From the NCBI GenBank assembly GCA_002269645.1, contig NIVC01003828.1, positions 10,867 through 74,866 of the forward strand: DNA of 64,000 nt. The letters are read 5' to 3'. Positions 1-12,329 of the stretch are shown here, in pieces (the stretch's first letter is position 1; every line of letters begins with the position of its first letter). Made by a program: the position numbers and the translations under genes. Source of the stretch: Macrostomum lignano. Its lineage: Eukaryota. The notes under the pieces were generated by a model. It was not told where the DNA came from, did no database searches, and saw only the letters and a program-made list of their open reading frames with translations.

Positions 1-160
1 GCTTGGTCCCCACTTTAATTTTTTTAGGTCTCCATCGAAAGGGTTGCGTCGCAGATCGACGGAGGGGACCACGCACCTTGGCTGCGCCAAACAGAATTTT
101 TTGAGATAAATAATTAGGGACTAGGCCTAGGCCCTAGGCCTATGCATTTTTTGGCAAAGG

Positions 161-398
161 CTAGAGTTCCAGCACTGGAACCCATTTTCTCAGGGCTTTG
201 GATCCGGCAGTGGTATTCCAGTAGTGCAGTTTATAAGTATACAGTATATATATGAGGCCTAAGATCAAAACAAAATGATGAGATTCAAAATTAGATACTT
301 GAAACTAATGTTCAAAGATGTCATTAGTAGATAACTGCCTGCAGAAGACTGCTGGATCCATAGCTATTAGAAAATGGGTTCCAGTGCCAGAACTCTAG
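161..398. mobile_element. MITE-like element with ~51-bp terminal inverted repeats (161-211 / 348-398)
   Basis: ctagagttccagcactggaacccattttctcagggctttggatccggcagt is the near reverse complement of actgctggatccatagctattagaaaatgggttccagtgccagaactctag. Several arm mismatches fall at inferred former CpG positions. Confidence 0.7.
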
Positions 399-3327
399 TC
401 ATTGTCACATTTTTTAGTGCATACATAGAACAAAATTGGTTGGGCTTAGCCATTTTTCCCATAGGCCTCATCTATCACATTGGCCTAGGCCTACTTAATC
501 ATAGGCATTGGCCTAGATACAACTAGAACTTTATTTAGACAACTCATTTTTAATTTTAAGTATATAATATTTTTTTGTTTTAATTTTTTTCCCAATTTCC
601 TAGATTTCTTAATCAAAATCCCAATTTCTTTAATAGGGCCTATTCACAGACAGGAATAGGCATATATATATATTTATAATGTTTGCAATATATTTTGTTC
701 TAGGAATCTCAGCCTTACTGCCTTAGCCTATATTAGGCTGTCCAGTGAGATTTTAAAAGTTATTTTTATTTTAATAGTAGGGGCCTATACTTGAAAAATA
801 TAATAGAAGGCATTAATAGTATTTCAAAAGGGCGGCAATGGCCTCATTTATATAGGCCCCCTAAAACTAATTGAATAATAAAAAAGTTATAAAGATTTGA
901 GTGATAAGTTTTTGTATATTTTCAATGGAAAAATACATGCATATATAAAAATGCATTTTTTGCAAAACTTAAAATTTCTATATTCAAATGCATTAAGCCT
1001 AGGCTGTACTAAATGATTTTTTAAATAAATGTATTGACTAGGCCTATTGGTTTTAATGTTATTTGAAAGATTTTTTTCTATGTAATGAAATTAGAATCAA
1101 ATTAATCAATCTAATATTAGCAAGTTTTGTCAATTTATATATAGTTTAATCACTTTTTGCCTTATCCTTTCCTTCTGATAGTTGGTTTTATTGCTTCCTA
1201 GTTGCATTTGATGATTTCTTAGACTAGTAGTTCAAATATGATCTTTATTGTAATTGTAGCAGTATTGATTGAGTCTTACATATCTTCTCTTATGATAAGT
1301 CTAACTATAATGATTAACTAAATGGCTAGAAAATTGCCACAGAGAATATTTTTATATGGTATCTCAAAACAAAAAATGTAAAAAATGGCATAGTAAAATA
1401 AAATAATGTCTTCTGAGCCCTTAAATTATATCCTAAAGTTATGCATAAGGTAAGATTTCATACCTTGTCTCTAGTAAAAATAGGCCTACTTGCCTAATGG
1501 TGACTATAGTGATAGATTTTAGAGATTTTAGAGCACCTAATTTAATTTACTATAATAATATTAATTGTATACTAAATCACAAAACCTTACCAGCCATTCT
1601 ATGCTTATCTAAAAGGTTGTTATAGAAAAGATTTTTGGTTAAATAAATAGACAAACATAGTATAGCAAATATTCATTTAATAATATTATTGATAGAGATA
1701 TCATTTATATTTGCAACAATTATGTCATTTTGTAATATTGCTACAAAAAATTCTAGAATAATGAATATAAAGATTTGACTATCTAAAAAAACAAACTGTG
1801 TCTATAAAGATAGCATGGTAAAATTCAATATAGCTATGGCTAGAGATGTTGATTAAAAATAATTCTTGTATGCTATAATTTTTTATTATTCTTATATTAA
1901 AAATCAATTTAATACTTTAAGTCTAGTCTTACTTGAATTGGCTTTGTAAAAAGCCTAGCAAAAGAAACAATACAATAATGATTTGGTATCTAGCATTTAG
2001 CAATAAGACAATTCTTATAAAGTTCAAAATTTCAAAAAATCCTATAACTTGAACTTAAAGTATATAAAATACTTCCAATTTTCTAATTATTTCAATACTT
2101 TTCAATACTTATGCAGTTTTCAACCTTGTAATTTAGGCTAAAAGTACTAGTTTATTATAAATATTCTTTAGGAATTTAATTGGTTTGATTTTGGTAAGTT
2201 GCTGCTACCAGGTTTCCTAATATTTCTTAATCCTAATATTTAGCAGATAAAGAAGTAAGACAAGACACCAATATAGATTTTAATTTGTTAAAGCAAAATA
2301 TAATTAAATGTCAATATAAAAAAGTGCTCTATATTTAATTGTCTTAGTTGTTTTTATTTCTACTATGCATTGGGCAAGATTCCCAGTTTAGTCAAGGCAA
2401 GACTCTTATGCAATATTAGCTATTTGTCTATATTGGTCACTTATTTTCCTTACCTTGATACTTTTTGGTTGAACTTTCCTAAGACAAAAAGATAGCAAAT
2501 GGATGTTTTCTTAAGAGCTCAGCTGCTTTTTATTTTTAAATAATCCTGTATAACCCCAACTATTTACTAATATTTATGCAACTGAAAACTACTGTCGGTA
2601 GTGTAAAAGCAAATATTATCCCTTCCTAAATTATGCCCTACTATATTTTCAATAAGCCAATTAATATTAAGAAGACAATGCCTTCCCAAAAGTATTCAAT
2701 TGCCCTCCTTGCTTCTCTCATAGCTTTGCTCTAGCCATACCTGCCTAGGTCTATTATTGAATTCTCTTTGAGATTTAGACCCACAAAATTGTTTGTTGCA
2801 GCATTGTACTAGGCTAGGATAGAAGAGAACAAGCATATGCAAGTGTGCAGATACAAATGCTAACATGTATTCATATACTTATTCATGTGTTTATGTTGCA
2901 TGTAAGTAATTTTTAGTCGCTATTCTAGGTATAATTCTATTTTACTATTTTTTCTTAAAAATTGGCCTCTAAAGATGACACAATCTTTGAGTTTTTTATG
3001 TTCTATTATACTAGTACTAATATCCACAATATTCTAGCTTATTTTGTTATTATTGTACAATCGAGGCAGCTTACATTATTACTTGTAATAATTAATGAAA
3101 GGCTTAGGGAAAAAAGATTATTATACACCTTAAAGATTCCAGAATATCAAACGACTCATCCAATTGAGTTTCTTGTATGCAATCCAGGTGTCTTATTTAA
3201 CGTTTCCTTCTAAATCTTTTAAAAAATTTACTGACCAGCCTACTTACGCTAGAGAAGTAGTCATTAAGAAAAATAGCAATTATTGATACTTTTGAAACCC
3301 TATTTCTAAACTGTCTTTGTTCATTGC

Positions 3328-3648
3328 ATGTCTTCTTTTTGCGCCAGCGAAGAAGATGACAGTAGCGGCGCCGCCGCCGCCGTCGACACTGAAGCCACTC
3401 CAGCCGTTGCCATAGCAACCTCAGTATTGAGTCCCAATAGTACCGGGGCCTCATTTCACACGGCTACGTCTCCTGATGGCGGCGGCATGGCGGGCATCGG
3501 CGAGGAGCAGCTGGTGTACTCCGATGACGACGTGGCAGGCGAAGATCAGGACAGAGGCAGCAGCGCCGCCGACAATCTCGACATTCACGCCGACATGTCG
3601 GACGACGAGCTGAACAGTTCCAAGGGTCGGGCCGCTGCTAAGGAGGCG
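3328..3648 (+). CDS. ACIN1: Acinus-like protein, first visible coding exon (acidic, low complexity)
   Basis: ORF MSSFCASEEDD...AAAKEA ends at donor gcg|gtgggt, phase 0, and joins in frame to the 4304 exon. The start is uncertain because an acceptor-like ttgcgccag lies at 3347. Confidence 0.65.
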
Positions 3649-3879
3649 GTGGGTATTGTGGTCGAGTTTTGATTTGGAATCCCAGTTTCCATTGCTTCAT
3701 TTTCTTCCGAGTCGGTTAGCTCCAATCCCCAGGGGGCACAGTTAAAAGTCAAGGTCCGCTGTGCACCCTGTGTGAGCGTGTGGAATGTGCGTGGCTGCTG
3801 GCTTGATCAATGATTTGTGACAGCGCTAAATGCCTCTCTTCAAACTTTATAATTCATACCATAGCAATTATAATCCCAA

Positions 3880-4115
3880 GCCATGGCAACAAGTATCCCC
3901 CGTCCCATAGCGACAAGACATCCCATGGCAACAAGGATCCCATTCCATAGCAACAAGACACCCAGTCCCATAGCAACAAGGATCCCATCCCATAGCAACA
4001 AGGATCCCCATGCCATAGCAACAGGGTATCCAATTCCATGGCAACAAGGATCCCATTCCATAGCAACAAGACACCCAGTCCCATAGCAACAAGGTATCCA
4101 ATTCCATGGCAACGA
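3880..4115. repeat. minisatellite, ~20-bp unit with CCATRGCAAC core (Acinus intron 1)
   Basis: Repeated ccatagcaacaaggatcc and ccatggcaacaag variants. Confidence 0.9.
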
Positions 4116-4303
4116 TTATCCCAATCTTTAACAACAAAAAATCCTATCCCATGAAAAATGTTTCCCAATGTCAAATGATTAATTTTACGTTCGGTTTCTA
4201 TAGTGCATCTGTCATCCAGTATCTTTATAACCTACTATGTTTGAAGCTTCCTAGTACATGTTTAATCCTGCCTCAGTCAATTAATAAAATTAATTAATTC
4301 CAG

Positions 4304-4469
4304 GGACATCAGAGCAGAGGCGAGAAGCGCTCATCAGCTGCAGCTAAATCAGTATCCACAACCGCATGTTCAAAGTCTGACAGTCCTACTAGGAATAAGA
4401 TCGCTTCTCAAAAAGGGGAGGGCGAAGACGGTGAACCTCCTGCTAAGAAAACCGAAATCGATGTAGCTG
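4304..4469 (+). CDS. ACIN1: Acinus-like exon 2
   Basis: Acceptor ttccag|, open frame GHQSRGEKRS...PPAKKTEIDVA, donor g|gtgag (phase 1). Confidence 0.8.
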
Positions 4470-4499
4470 GTGAGAAATATTTTATACTATTTTATTTCA

Positions 4500-4730
4500 A
4501 TGTACGCAGAGCCCCCCCCACTCCCGGCAATGTACGTACAGCCCCACCTCACTTCCCGCAATGTACACACAGCCCCACCTCACTTACCGCAATGTACACA
4601 CAGCCCCACCTCACTTACCGCAATTTACACACAGCCCCACCTCACTTCCCGCAGTGTACACACAGCCCCACCTCACTTCCCGCAATTTACACAGCCCCAC
4701 CTCACTTCCCGCAATGTACGCACGGCCCCA
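4500..4730. repeat. minisatellite, ~30-bp unit (Acinus intron 2)
   Basis: gcaatgtacacacagccccacctcacttcc repeats. Confidence 0.92.
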
Positions 4731-4759
4731 CCCCGTCCCGCCCACTCTGCCGTCGATAG

Positions 4760-4914
4760 AAGTCCGACAACGTAAACCGCGACAGCGTCGAGGCGCATGG
4801 GGCTTGAAGAAGCAGTCGCAGCAGCAGACACAGCAGAGCAATGGTAGCGCAGCGTCGGCCACCGCTGCAAATGCCGCAACTCCTCTGCCTCTGATCACAT
4901 CGAAAGTTTTGGAC
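4760..4914 (+). CDS. ACIN1: Acinus-like exon 3
   Basis: gatag| EVRQRKPRQRRGAWG...PLITSKVLD |gtgagt. Resembles the Acinus RKRRWG...ITTESLK segment; phases are compatible on both sides. Confidence 0.85.
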
Positions 4915-4994
4915 GTGAGTTTGAATTGTTGCATAGTTACTACTAATGCCTTCCCGCCTTTCGTTAGTTTAGCCTGAACTATTCGTTTTAGACA

Positions 4995-5520
4995 CTCAGT
5001 TGCTGGGCCAGCCTCCCAGATCCTCAGTTGCTGGGCCAGCCTCCCAGATCCTCAGTTGCTGGGCCAGCCTCCCAGATCCTCAGTTGCTGAGCCAGCCTCC
5101 CAGCTCCTCAGTTGCTGGGCCAGCCTCTCAGAGTGTCAGTTACTGCGCCAGCCTCCTAGATCCTCAGTTACTGGGCCAGCCTCCCAGCTCCTCAGTTACT
5201 GCGCCAGCCTTCCAGCTCCTCAGTTACTGCGCCAACCTCCCAGCTCCTCAGTTGCTGGGAGAGCCTCCCAGAGTGTCAGTTACTGCGCCAGCCTCCCAGC
5301 TCCTCAGTTGCTGGGAAAGCCTCCCCGATCCTCAGTTACTGCGCCAGCCATCCAGCTCCTCAGTTACTGCGCCAGCCTCCCAGATCTTCAGTCCTCAGTT
5401 ACTGCGCCAGCCTCCCAGATCTTCAGTCCTCAGTTGCTATACCAGCCTCCCAGCTCCTCAGTTACTGGTCCAGTCTCCCAGAGTGTCATTTGCTAGGCCA
5501 GCCTCCCAGATCCTCAGCTG
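4995..5520. repeat. minisatellite, 28-bp unit (Acinus intron 3)
   Basis: ctcagttgctgggccagcctcccagatc repeats. Confidence 0.93.
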
Positions 5521-5542
5521 CTTACTGCATCCCATACTACAG

Positions 5543-5866
5543 AAGCTGCTCCCAGACTGCAGAGCTGAGCTCAAAGCCCGGCTTCGGAACGGTCGACCAG
5601 CCAGCGTCGACGGTGCCGGCTCCGACACCCTGGCGGCGACGGCCACCAACGGCGAGAGTCATGACCTCGGCAATGGAGATCTGGAGGAAGGCGAAGTGTA
5701 CGACGCCAACCAGCAGCTGCTGAGCCTGCGTCGGCGTCAACGCGATGCTTCGAGATCGCCGTCTCAGAAACGTCAGGTGATTCGTCGAACTAAAGTGGTG
5801 GACTATCAGGTTGACGAGCCGATTCGAGTGGGTCCGACTCGAGATTCGGAGAATAAGGAGACCGAG
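5543..5866 (+). CDS. ACIN1: Acinus-like exon 4
   Basis: tacag| KLLPDCRAELK...GPTRDSENKETE |gtgagg, phase 0/0. It continues the LIPD-like motif. Confidence 0.8.
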
Positions 5867-6049
5867 GTGAGGATGCGTGTCGATTGTTTGAACTTTGACC
5901 TTTACAGTTCATTAAACAGTTAAAATAGAGAATTTTTAGACTAAACAGCCGAAAAAAAGCAATTTATTTATGTGTACTACTTACTAAGTAGCTTAAAAAG
6001 GCCTTTATTTACTGTGTTCTTTCTGCAGAATAGTTTTTTTTTAAAATTG

Positions 6050-6410
6050 TTCAGGCAATTTCACAGAAGAATCATTGATTGGAGGCAATTTTCCCAAAGG
6101 AATCGTTAATGGGGAGGGAAGATTTTTTCAGAAGAATCATTGATTGATTTGGGGCGATTTTTCCAGAGGAATTATTTATGGGGAGTTGGCGATTTTCTCA
6201 GGAAATCATTGATAGAGGGTGATTTTCCCAGAGGAATCGTTGATGTGGGAGGGGCGATTTTCACAGAGGAATCATTGATTTGGGGTGATTTTTCCAAAGG
6301 AATCATAAATTGGACGATTTTATAATTTTTTTTCTACCTACTTAAGGCAGAGATTTTCGCTCTGAAATCGTTGGTGAGAGAGGCAGTTTTTCCTAGAGAA
6401 ATCCATCAGA
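6050..6410. repeat. degenerate ~30-bp minisatellite (Acinus intron 4)
   Basis: Recurrent gattttcccagaggaatcattgat..gggg. Confidence 0.75.
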
Positions 6411-6454
6411 GGCAATTTTCTTCAATTGCATCGCTGCCCCCTCCCTCATTTCAG

Positions 6455-7061
6455 GTGCTGAAGGTGACCGGCCTAGTCAGGCCATTCACGCCCCAGCAGC
6501 TGCGTGAACTGCTGACTCGCTATGGCCAGCTCAAATCTCCAGACCCGCCGTCTGCAGCGGCGACAACGTCTGAGACGGCATCGGCTGATGCTGCAAACCC
6601 CTCTGATGCAGACGATGACAAAACTGCAGCTGCCAATAACAGTACGGATAAGCCTGTCCAGCCTGATCCTGTCTGGCTAGACCGAATCAAAACTCGCTGC
6701 TACGCTCATTTCAATTCTATTGAAGAGGCTAAAAAAGTACGCGAAGCCCTAGACAATTGTCGTTGGCCTAAGGGTAATTCGCGCGCTTTGAAAGTCGATT
6801 TCGCTTGCCAGTCTGAGATGGACTGGGCGAGGCAGCACGGCGACACGGCGCAGTCGGTGCCAAGGCGGCTGTTGAAGGCGTCCAGACTTGGTGAGGATGC
6901 GCTCAAAGCTGATGAGGCTGATCAGGTTGGCGCTGCTAATGATCGCGACGTTAGCGATGATGAGGTGGTCGAGATTGAGGACAGCAGCAGCGAGGACGCC
7001 AGAGAGCCTCGGCGGAGGCGGAAATCTTCAACTAATTCGGCTAGCGACAAGAAGGCTGAAA
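6455..7061 (+). CDS. ACIN1: Acinus-like exon 5, RRM domain
   Basis: VLKVTGLVRPFTPQQLRELL...WLDRIKTRCYAHFNSIEEAKKVREALDNCRWPKGNSRALKVDFA matches the Acinus RRM (LVRPFT, W-x-D-x-IK, WP). Splice sites ttcag| and a|gtgagt. Confidence 0.93.
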
Positions 7062-7067
7062 GTGAGT

Positions 7068-7735
7068 GCTGTCATAACCCTCCCTGACCTCAGTTTGGTG
7101 TCATAACCCCTCCCTGACCTCAGTTTGGTGTCATAACCCCTCCCTGACCTCAGTTTGGTGTCATAACCCCTCCCTGACCTCAGTTTGGTGTCAACCCCTC
7201 CCTGACCTCAGTTTGGTGTCATAACCCCTCCCTGACCTCAGTTTGGTGTCAACCCCTCCCTAACCTCAGTTTGGTGTCATAACCCCTCCCTGACCTCAGT
7301 TTGGTGTCATAACCCCTCCCTGACCTCAGTTTAGTGTCATAACCCCTCCCTGACCTCAGTTTGGTGTCATAACCCCTCCCTGACCTCAGTTTGGTGTCAA
7401 CCCCTCCCTGACCTCAGTTGGGTGTCATAACCCCTCCCTGACCTCAGTTTGGTGTCATAACCCCTCCCTGACCTCAGTTTGGTGTCATAACCCCTCCCTG
7501 ACCTCAGTTTGGTGTCATAACCCCTCCCTGACCTCAGTTTAGTGTCAACCCCTCCCTGACCTCAGTTTGGTGTCATAACCCCTCCCTGACCTCAGTTTGG
7601 TGTCAACCCCTCCCTGACCTCAGTTTAGTGTCATAACCCCTCCCTGACCTCAGTTTGGTGTCATAACCCCTCCCTGACCTCAGTTTGGTGTCATAACCCC
7701 TCCCTGACCTCAGTTTAGTGTCAACCCCTCTCTGA
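7068..7735. repeat. minisatellite, 30-bp unit with 27-bp variant (Acinus intron 5)
   Basis: gtgtcataacccctccctgacctcagtttg, starting a few bases after the donor. Confidence 0.96.
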
Positions 7736-7850
7736 CCTTTTTCTATTACTTCTACGTCAAGCAGGTTCCCTAGCCCCATTCTTAGAGCCGAGCCTAGTAT
7801 AAGCTGTATCACGTGACTAATTACCTCTCACCATGCCTGTTTATCAACAG

Positions 7851-7942
7851 AAGACGCTGAGCCGGGCACGCTTCTCGATCAGCTGTTTCGTAAAACCTGC
7901 ACCACTCCGTTCATTTACTGGATGCCGCTGAACGACGAACAG
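7851..7942 (+). CDS. ACIN1: Acinus-like exon 6, RNPS1-SAP18-binding (RSB) motif
   Basis: aacag| KDAEPGTLLDQLFRKTCTTPFIYWMPLNDEQ |gtgag matches the Acinus LLDDLFRKTK..P.IYWLPL motif. Not listed in the ORF track. Confidence 0.93.
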
Positions 7943-8009
7943 GTGAGAGTGAACAGTTTTTATTTGTGTTCTTGCTTGTCATCCTTCTGCTGCCTATAAA
8001 TAACAATTC

Positions 8010-8700
8010 CTACTCCCATTAGAAATCTTTAAGCCTCATTAGAATCCTTAATTTCCATTTAAATCCTTAATCGGATTAGAAATCCCTAATCACTATAAGA
8101 TATCCTTAATCCCCCTTAAAAATCCTTAATCTCCATTAGAAATCATAAATCCTCATTAGAGATCCCTAATCGCAATTAGAAATCCTTAATCCTCATTAGA
8201 GATACCTAATCCCCATTAAGAAATCATAAATCCTCATTAGAGATCCCTAATCGCAATTAAAAATCCTTAATCCTCATTAGAGATACCTAATCCCCATTAG
8301 AAATCATAAATCCTCATTAGAGATCCCTAATCGCAATTAGAAATCCTTAATCCTCATTAGAGATACCTAATCCCCATTAGAAATCATAAATCCTCATTAG
8401 AGATCCCTAATCGCAATTAGAAATCCTTAATCCTCATTAGAGATCCCTAATCCCCGTTAGAAAATTTAAATCCTCATTGAGATCTCTAATCCCCATTAGA
8501 AATTATCCTCATTAGAGATCTCTAATCCCCATTAGAAATTCTTAATCCTCATTACCGGTCCCTAATCCCCTTTAGAAATCATAAATCCTCATTAGAAGTC
8601 CCTAATCCTCAATAGAAATCCCTAATCCCCGTTAGAGATCCCTAATCCTGATTTGAAACTTCATAATCCTCATTCGAATTCCTTAATTTCCTTATTCCCT
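8010..8700. repeat. degenerate ~19-20-bp minisatellite
   Basis: cctaatccccattagaaat / ttaatcctcattagagat units. Confidence 0.88.
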
Positions 8701-9156
8701 TGTAGAAAATCTTCTTTCCCATTAGCAAACCTCATGTTACTTTGTTCAGCGCTTTTTAAGCTTTAATAATTCTTATTAGATAAAATCATTTCCAAGCGGT
8801 AGAATATTAGGCATTATCTGGAACTAGAAAAAAATTTTCTGTCATTTTACCCCTAGAAGCAAAACTTGCCACGTGCCCAACAGATTTTTAAGAGTGCCTC
8901 TGGTCCTAGCAAACAAAAGCAACTCCTAGCAACTCCGAATTGTGCATGTTCTATATTTAGCTTCTGAAAAGAGAAAATACCAAGGGCTATGTTATAACGC
9001 CAACTTTTGGGGTACAATTCTTGGACCCTGGATGGACCCCTTTGAGGACAGCTGGGGACAGTCACCTGATTGTCACTATTTATTTCGCCGGTATCATGGT
9101 TTCGTTGAACATGCGTATAGTTGGTGTTAATCACGTGATTGTGCTTAATACTGCCC

Positions 9157-9187
<31 letters not shown>

Positions 9188-10019
9188 GGTCCAGGGTCGG
9201 CTAAGATGCGGCTGCCTTAAGCATCATCGGTTTTTTTTAATTTCATGTTATTATTTCGTCAGTGTCTAAAAATATCTTTTTTTCAGAAATGAATTACGAA
9301 AATGCCAATATATAAAATCTAATCAAATCAGATCAGAAGCTTTGTCTATGGTAGCGAGGTGCTTTTGTCATGCTGAAAATCCTCCATACGCTGCCTGCGT
9401 AGTCTATGGGCCTTAGTCTAAGTTGTCTATGGCTTTTTATCGCTTTGCCTGGCTTTTGCAGTCTATGGCCCATAGACTATTCTCAGTTAGGCTTTCAAAA
9501 GCTAAAGTACAGTCCTTAATTAAAAGCTCCACAGAACCCCCCTTTTTGGGCCATAGACACTAAAAAGCAAGCCTTCAAATAGCTTAATTTCTGCCCCGCT
9601 TAAATTAAAGTTTTTTTACCCTGGATTCTTCTAGCGTGTCTATAAAAAGAAATTATATTTTTGTTTTAACACGACTGCAGCTCGTGTGATTTCTTCTGTA
9701 TCTAAACTGGGTGTAGTACAGCTGGCTGAGTAAATTATGCTTTCCCTTTAAGTCTGCTTGCACTGGGCACTAAATGAGTCATAATACTTCATTGTTGCCG
9801 TCTATGAAGGACGTGCTTGTTTGCTTCAGATGCTTTTCAATTTTATTTTACGCAAAGTCGTAAGACTGAAGTGTGGCGTCAGTTCCTAAAATATATCAGC
9901 TTCTTTTTGTTGCAGAAATTCCTCTTTTAAATTACAAGAAGAAATTATACTGCTTATAAAATGCGATATTCTCTACTCCGTTACTCCTGATTCTTAAATC
10001 TTAGCCCTTCCCATTCCCA

Positions 10020-11260
10020 AATCGGAAATCCCCAGATTCCCCATTCAGAAATCCCCAAATTCCCCATTCAGAAATACCCAAATTCCCCTTTCAGAAACAC
10101 CCAAATTCCCCATTCAAAAATACCAAAATTTCCTATTTAGAAATACCCAAATTTCCTATTTAGAAATACCCAAATTCCCCATTCAGAAATACCCAAATTC
10201 CCCATTCAGAAATACCCAAATTCCCCATTCAGAAATCCCCAAATTTCCTATTTAGAAATACCCAAATTCCCCATTCAGAAATCCCCAAATTTCCTATTTA
10301 GAAATACCCAAATTCCCAATTCAGAAATACCCAAATTCCCCATTCAGAAATACCCAAATTCCCCATTCAGAAATACCCAAATTCCCCATTCAGAAATACC
10401 CAAATTCCCCATTCAGAAATACCCAAATTCCCCATTCAGAAATCCCCAAATTTCCTATTTAGAAATACCCAAATTCCCCATTCAGAAATCCCCAAATTTC
10501 CTATTTAGAAATACCCAAATTCCCAATTCAGAAATACCCAAATTCCCCATTCAGAAATACCCAAATTCCCCATTCAGAAATACCCAAATTCCCAATTCAG
10601 AAATACCCAAATTCCCCATTCAGAAATACCCAAATTCCCCATTCAGAAATCCCCAAATTTCCTATTTAGAAATACCCAAATTCCCCATTCAGAAATCCCC
10701 AAATTTCCCATTCAGAAATCCCAAAATTCCCTATTTAGAAATACCCAAATTCCCCATTCAGAAATACCAAAATTCCCCATTCAGAAATCCCCAAATTTCC
10801 CATTCAGAAATCCCCAAATTTCCCATTCAGAAATCCCAAAATTCCCTATTTAGAAATACCCAAATTCCCCATTCAGAAATCCCCAAATTTCCCATTTAGA
10901 AATACCCAAATTCCCCATTCAGAAATCCCCAAATTTCCCATTCAGAAATCCCAAAATTCCCTATTTAGAAATACCCAAATTCCCCATTCAGAAACACCCA
11001 AATTCCCCATTCAGAAATACCCAAATTCCCCATTCAAAAATACCCAAATTTCCCATTCAGAAATCCCAAAATTCCCCATTTAGAAATACCCAAATTCCCC
11101 ATTCAGAAATACCCTAATTTCCCATTCAGAAATACCCAAATTCCCCATTCAAAAATACCCAAATTTCCCATTCAGAAATCCCAAAATTCCCTAATCAAAA
11201 ATCCCAAAATTCCCAATTTAGAAATAACAAAATTCCTAATTCAGAAATCCCCAAATCTTT
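10020..11260. repeat. minisatellite, 23-bp unit
   Basis: cagaaatacccaaattccccatt, about 50 copies. Confidence 0.96.
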
Positions 11261-11309
11261 CAATCGAAAATGCCTAAATTCACTTTTCAAATCCCAATCG
11301 AATCTCCAG

Positions 11310-11510
11310 GTGAAGAATCGCCAACGCCAATCGAAAGAAGCCGACAACGCTGCCGGATCTGCGGCGGCGGCGCCAACTGGCCAGCGGCGCTATACCCGGC
11401 TTAACTTGGGCGCCGGCGCCGGCGGCAACGCCGCGGGCAGACGCGGCCGCACCAGCCGAAGCCGCAGTCGAGGAGGCGATCGAGACCGCGACAGGCGGAA
11501 CCGTCGCTAA
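11310..11510 (+). CDS. ACIN1: Acinus-like last exon, RS/RD-rich tail
   Basis: ctccag| VKNRQRQ...RSRSRSRGGDRDRDRRNRR*, phase 0 as required. AATAAA lies about 35 bp downstream. The spliced total is 1866 nt (621 aa). Confidence 0.85.
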   Translation: MKNRQRQSKEADNAAGSAAAAPTGQRRYTRLNLGAGAGGNAAGRRGRTSRSRSRGGDRDRDRRNRR

Positions 11511-12329
11511 AAAAGATGGGATATGAGTCATAAATAATGCTTTAGTAATAAAATATGCAGTCTCGTTGGGTAGTAGTAATTTTTATAAATAGAATCTTGG
11601 CCTAGTTGTTGTTTTATTACTTTGAACCCAACTAAATGTACTTTTGGTATCAGTTTAAGGCACAATGATTTTTGTTTGGGGAATTTTTTGTCCCTATAGT
11701 AGCCCTTTCGTATGCCCTACCATGTTATCCTATGACCTTAAATATCCTCAACTTATCCCATTAATTCTCAATTCATCCCATTAATACCCATTTTATCCCT
11801 ATGATCCTCAACTTATCCCTATGATCCTGAATTTATCCCAATAATTCTCTATTCCTTTATATCCTTTAGCCTCTCTTAAGCTGCGTTTACTAAGATTTGA
11901 TTGATACTTACAGAGGCTTAAGTAAGTTGTGCGTTCATTTTTGTACTTTTAATTAAATCCGTAGTTGCTGGGCTTGGGTGTCTTTTTCCTAAATGTATAG
12001 GTATGGTAACTAATAACTAATCTAAGCATTCTTATTCTACTACACTGCTATGCAAGTTTCAAAATTTAGTTTTTTTGCATTCATCTTTGCCTGCTGTTGT
12101 ATTTTTATAATACGTAACTGCTATTCCTGAAAATAATTAAAAATATCGTTTCTATCTGTATAAATTAATGTTCTAATCCGTTATTTATTAATATCAATTA
12201 ACTTGGCGTCTTAGTTATTAGTTTGCATCTTGAATAAAAATATCGCTTTTTAATGGCTAGGTAGATTAGTAAGTTAAGCCGTTATAAATCCCAAAACTAA
12301 AATATTCCAACTCTCGATTGTGCTCCTTT

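Noticed and set aside
5000-5542. N-terminal half of the 307-aa ORF
   Set aside because: Intronic 28-bp repeat; only 5543-5866 is exonic by splice sites and homology.
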